A stretch of DNA of 26,309 nt from positions 1 to 26,309 of IMG/VR virus record IMGVR_UViG_3300017548_000192. One strand, given 5' to 3'. The position numbers and the translations under genes are program-made. This document shows positions 23,464-26,309 of this stretch, one piece after another; the first letter of the stretch is position 1, and every line of letters starts with the position of its first letter. The notes beneath the pieces are model-generated. The model saw only the letters and a program-made list of their open reading frames with translations. It was not told the origin of the DNA and made no database searches. The stretch is from a virus. Taxonomy: Duplodnaviria; Caudoviricetes.

Positions 23464-25356
23464 CTAGAAGACCAGCATTTGGAATTGCTTTCTGGGCGCC
23501 TCACCCGCCCCGTCCATCGCCGCGCCAACGGCCATGCAAAGCGCTACCGCGGCATCGATGCGCCGAGCGGCCTTGTCCTTGACGATGTACTTGTTGCCGA
23601 GCGGGTCCGGATCGCTGAACGTCGTCGCCATGAGCGCGGTCATAAGAACCGGATTGCTCTTCAGGCGTATGCGCCCGTCGAACATCAGGGTTTCGACTTC
23701 CCGGATCGACCCCGGCATCCACAAACCGCCCGGTTCGGGCTTGCCTTCGGCTTTCGCCTGCTCGACTAGCGCCTCGTCCGGTGTGCTGCGCCGTTTACCG
23801 CCCTGCGGGTGGTTGCGGTGCACCAGTTCCAAGCCAATCGCCCCGCACTCTTCCATGAACTCGGAATAGGCGTACTGGTCATATGCGACGGCCTGAATAT
23901 CGAACCGCTTGTCAGCCTGAGCGACGCTGTAGGCGACATAATCGTACCGGACACGCTCGCCAGGCACGGCCTGCAGATACCCCTCTTCTACCCATTGCAG
24001 GTATGGCGCCTTGTCAGCATCCGCACGCTGCTTGAGGGTGTCGGCTGGTGTGAACGAATCCACCCACGCATCGAAGGTCGGCGCCATATAGACCGAACCG
24101 TCAGGGCGCTTTACTTCCCGGTGTCCGGTTGGGGTCACATAGGCCACGCAAGTCATGTCCTTGTGGCGCGAAAGGTCCACCCCCAAGAAAACCGGCTTGC
24201 CTTCATGATCCTTGATGTCGAAATCGCACATGGCGGCTTCAACAGTCTTGCGAGGCATCCATGCCGACTGCGCGTCAGTCCAAACGCAGAAATACAGGCG
24301 AAGGATACCCGGAGCGTCGCTCGGAAAGTTCTTCGCGAACGCCACCTGGGACGCGATGTATTCCTTGCTTACCGTGACCCCCATAAGAGGGTTGGTCTTG
24401 ATCCAGCAGGTGTCGTCCTCGAACGGGTCGTCGTCCTTGTCGAGTGCGCAAACGTAAGAGAACAGGTCGTCAGAGCCGGGCCAGGTCTCCCCGACGTAGG
24501 CGAACTCCTCGTCCGGAGTCTGCGTTCCCGCCGCAACGTTGCACGCCATTTGGTGCTCTCGCCAGCACACGGAAAGACGATCGCTTCCCGAGTTGGTGAT
24601 CATCACCAGAAGCGGCTGACGGCGGAACTTAAACCCCGCCTCGAGCATACGCATGATTTCCGGGCCGGGGTGCTCGTGCACCTCGTCGCACAGCGCAAAA
24701 TGCGGACGCAGGCCGGAACCTGTCTTGCCCGCCTCCTTGGACATCGGTCGGAAATACGATGCGTTCTTCAGATAGGCCAGGTTGAACTCACGCTCAAACC
24801 CGCCGCTAGGCGTTAGTTTCTTCGACAGGTCCGGCGATTGCCGAACCATTTTCACGGCATCTCGAAACAGAATCGATGCCTGGTCCTTGGTCGCGGCCGC
24901 CGCGTAAATCTGCGCGCCGGGTTCGTCATCGTACACCAAGCCGTACAGCCCAATGCCGCCAACGAGCGGGGACTTGCCGCAGCCCTTACCGGCCTCGATG
25001 TAAGCGCGCCGGAACCTCCTCGTTCCATCGGCGCGTTTCCACCCGAAAATCGAGCCTAGAATGAATTCCTGCATCGGCTGTAAGATGAAGGCCTGATTGT
25101 CGAACTGCCCTTCCGAAAGGCGCAGCTTGCGCTCAAAGAAGTTGAACACACGGCGGGCCGCCCGGTCGTCCCAGTACAGTCCGCGCTCGTGACCCTTGGC
25201 CAAATCGTCAAAATGGCGACGGCACGCGTTGCGGACGTGCGGACCCGCTACGATCTCGCAATCCAAGACGGCCTGCGCATATGCGCTAACACGATCAAGG
25301 GCCGGCGTCGGCTTTGCGTTAGTCGTCGAGGTCGTCCGCTTCCTCTTCGTCGTCAT
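23464..25356 (-). CDS. terL: Terminase large subunit
   Basis: Walker A GKGCGKS, Walker B ALCDEVHE, C-motif ITNSG, nuclease motifs GVDLS and RIDAAVA. Likely ATG at 25356, overlapping terS. Confidence 0.95.
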   Translation of the reverse strand: MTTKRKRTTSTTNAKPTPALDRVSAYAQAVLDCEIVAGPHVRNACRRHFDDLAKGHERGLYWDDRAARRVFNFFERKLRLSEGQFDNQAFILQPMQEFILGSIFGWKRADGTRRFRRAYIEAGKGCGKSPLVGGIGLYGLVYDDEPGAQIYAAAATKDQASILFRDAVKMVRQSPDLSKKLTPSGGFEREFNLAYLKNASYFRPMSKEAGKTGSGLRPHFALCDEVHEHPGPEIMRMLEAGFKFRRQPLLVMITNSGSDRLSVCWREHQMACNVAAGTQTPDEEFAYVGETWPGSDDLFSYVCALDKDDDPFEDDTCWIKTNPLMGVTVSKEYIASQVAFAKNFPSDAPGILRLYFCVWTDAQSAWMPRKTVEAAMCDFDIKDHEGKPVFLGVDLSRHKDMTCVAYVTPTGHREVKRPDGSVYMAPTFDAWVDSFTPADTLKQRADADKAPYLQWVEEGYLQAVPGERVRYDYVAYSVAQADKRFDIQAVAYDQYAYSEFMEECGAIGLELVHRNHPQGGKRRSTPDEALVEQAKAEGKPEPGGLWMPGSIREVETLMFDGRIRLKSNPVLMTALMATTFSDPDPLGNKYIVKDKAARRIDAAVALCMAVGAAMDGAGEAPRKQFQMLVF

Positions 25357-25708
25357 TTGCCACCGTAATCTTGGAAGCGTCGGCCGGGGTGGCACCCATC
25401 TGGCCCAGGCACTGCCTGAGAAGGTTTAGGGCCTGCACACCAACCTCGTTGCCAGTCATCAGACGGCCGCGGATGTTCGCTGCAATTTCGAGAAAGCTTC
25501 GGTGCGACTCGTTCAGCCACGGAATTTCCGAAGTGAAGGTCAGCCAAGCTGTTCGCGCTTTGGTTAGGTCGTTGTCGACGATCCAGTCAGGCGGGTCGCC
25601 AATCGGATTTTCGACTTTCGGTTCGGAGCGATCTTTGAATCGCTGCGGATGCTGCTTGTCCCGCGCCTCAACCTTGGCTTTGGCAACGGGCGTCCTGGGC
25701 CGTGCCAT
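25319..25708 (-). CDS. terS: Terminase small subunit (P27-like)
   Basis: MARPRTP...PPDW...LGQMGATPADASKI pattern, directly upstream of terL. Confidence 0.85.
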   Translation of the reverse strand: MARPRTPVAKAKVEARDKQHPQRFKDRSEPKVENPIGDPPDWIVDNDLTKARTAWLTFTSEIPWLNESHRSFLEIAANIRGRLMTGNEVGVQALNLLRQCLGQMGATPADASKITVANDDEEEADDLDD

Positions 25709-25812
25709 GCGGTTGCCTCGTCAGGGGTCATATTTTGAATTGGAAATGCGTACAGAAGCCGGGGGCGCGGCTGCGCAGGGGTCGCGACCCACGACTCCTA
25801 GACCACCCCCCC
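25709..25812. other. Probable cos (packaging initiation) region
   Basis: Gap between the HNH and terS genes containing a C8/G8 run (25806-25813), adjacent palindromes CTGCGCAG (25771-25778) and GGGTCGCGACCC (25779-25790), a GC-rich GGGGGCGCGGC and an AT-rich patch. This is the usual cos position in HK97-like phages. Confidence 0.55.
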
Positions 25813-26112
25813 CTACCCATCCACTGGCCAGCCGTCTGGCCCGAACGTCACAACAACCTCACCACGCTCCTCGCGCGCCTTGGTGCCGTCGTGGCACGGC
25901 TTGCATAACGACTGCAGGTTCTCAGGGTCGTGAAACATCGTCTCGTCTCCCTTATGCGGAACGACGTGATCAACGATGGTTGCTGGCTCAACAATCCCCT
26001 GCGCCATGCAATACGAGCACAGCGGGTGAAGCGTTAGGTGCTTCTCTCGTAGCCGCCTCCACCGCGCCCTGCCGTACAGATGCTGCCATGGCCTGCGTTC
26101 TCTATAGCTCAC
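25813..26112 (-). CDS. HNH endonuclease, packaging-associated (HK97 gp74-like)
   Basis: HPLCSYC...VDHVVPHKGD...NLQSLCKPCHD motif; lies upstream of terS. Confidence 0.92.
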   Translation of the reverse strand: MSYRERRPWQHLYGRARWRRLREKHLTLHPLCSYCMAQGIVEPATIVDHVVPHKGDETMFHDPENLQSLCKPCHDGTKAREERGEVVVTFGPDGWPVDG

Positions 26113-26309
26113 GCCGCCTCTGGCCGCACGAACGGCACGACGTTCTTGACCTCTCCGAGGACGACATGCTTGAGGGGAATGAACACGACCGCGCCCAGCT
26201 CGTCACCGATCTGCTGCACGCTGGTCACACGCGCGCCGTGGGCGTACTGGCCGGCGACAGCAAGGTGAAGGATACCGGTGTGGTCGCGGTCTAGCTGGAT
26301 GTTGGTCAT
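26109..26309 (-). CDS. Hypothetical protein (66 aa)
   Basis: ORF at the window edge with GTGA overlap into the HNH start; ends in NVVPFVRP. Confidence 0.6.
   Translation of the reverse strand: MTNIQLDRDHTGILHLAVAGQYAHGARVTSVQQIGDELGAVVFIPLKHVVLGEVKNVVPFVRPEAA

Larger units (their letters stand above)
545..26309 (-). mobile_element. Siphovirus-type prophage/phage late gene region
   Basis: Contiguous packaging, head, neck, tail, fibre and lysis genes with coupled start/stop codons. No obvious inactivating stops seen. Confidence 0.95.

Noticed and set aside
14937-25395. Longest-ORF start codons for tail tube (15212), DUF3168 (15535), gp10 (16020), gp6 (16877), portal (18999), dehydrogenase (21122) and TerL (25395)
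   Set aside because: These extensions overlap upstream genes. Downstream starts with an RBS or start/stop coupling fit the family N-termini better.
20076-26294. Plus-strand ORFs 20076..20987, 21576..23060, 23809..24816 and 25371..26294
   Set aside because: They fully overlap well-supported dehydrogenase, capsid and terminase genes on the opposite strand and show no recognisable motifs.
545-26309. Gene transfer agent (RcGTA-like) cluster
   Set aside because: It shares GTA-like tail families, but has an HNH/cos packaging module, a 999-aa tape measure, an in-line fibre and lysis cassette, and morons, which indicate a genuine phage.
1-26309. CRISPR array, tRNA, rRNA, IS element or integrase/att site
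   Set aside because: No spaced direct repeats, cloverleaf, transposase or recombinase was recognised. The repeats in 17090-17480 are collagen codons.

Overview
The window is the late (morphogenesis and lysis) region of a temperate siphovirus or prophage, almost entirely on the minus strand. The host is probably an alphaproteobacterium, inferred from high GC, GTA-gp10/DUF3168-type tail genes and a GAAC-N7-GAAC-like box. Right to left: HNH packaging nuclease, probable cos region, TerS, TerL, HK97-type prohead protease, major capsid protein, then a four-gene insert (144-aa protein, shortened UDP-glucose/GDP-mannose dehydrogenase, 96-aa protein, GT-A glycosyltransferase), a portal gene placed after the capsid gene, a collagen-like protein, head-tail joining genes, tail tube, tail chaperone with a GGGAAAC -1 frameshift, an antisense membrane moron, tape measure, tail tip genes, a 1023-aa fibre/spike ending in a complete FN3 + calcineurin-like metallophosphoesterase module, a small insert, a GH108 endolysin and three membrane proteins. 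The most striking observations are (1) a nucleotide-sugar dehydrogenase + glycosyltransferase cassette translationally coupled inside the head operon, a candidate virion-glycosylation system, and (2) a phosphoesterase fused to the tip of the tail fibre. All family calls come from motif recognition by eye; no database searches were run.
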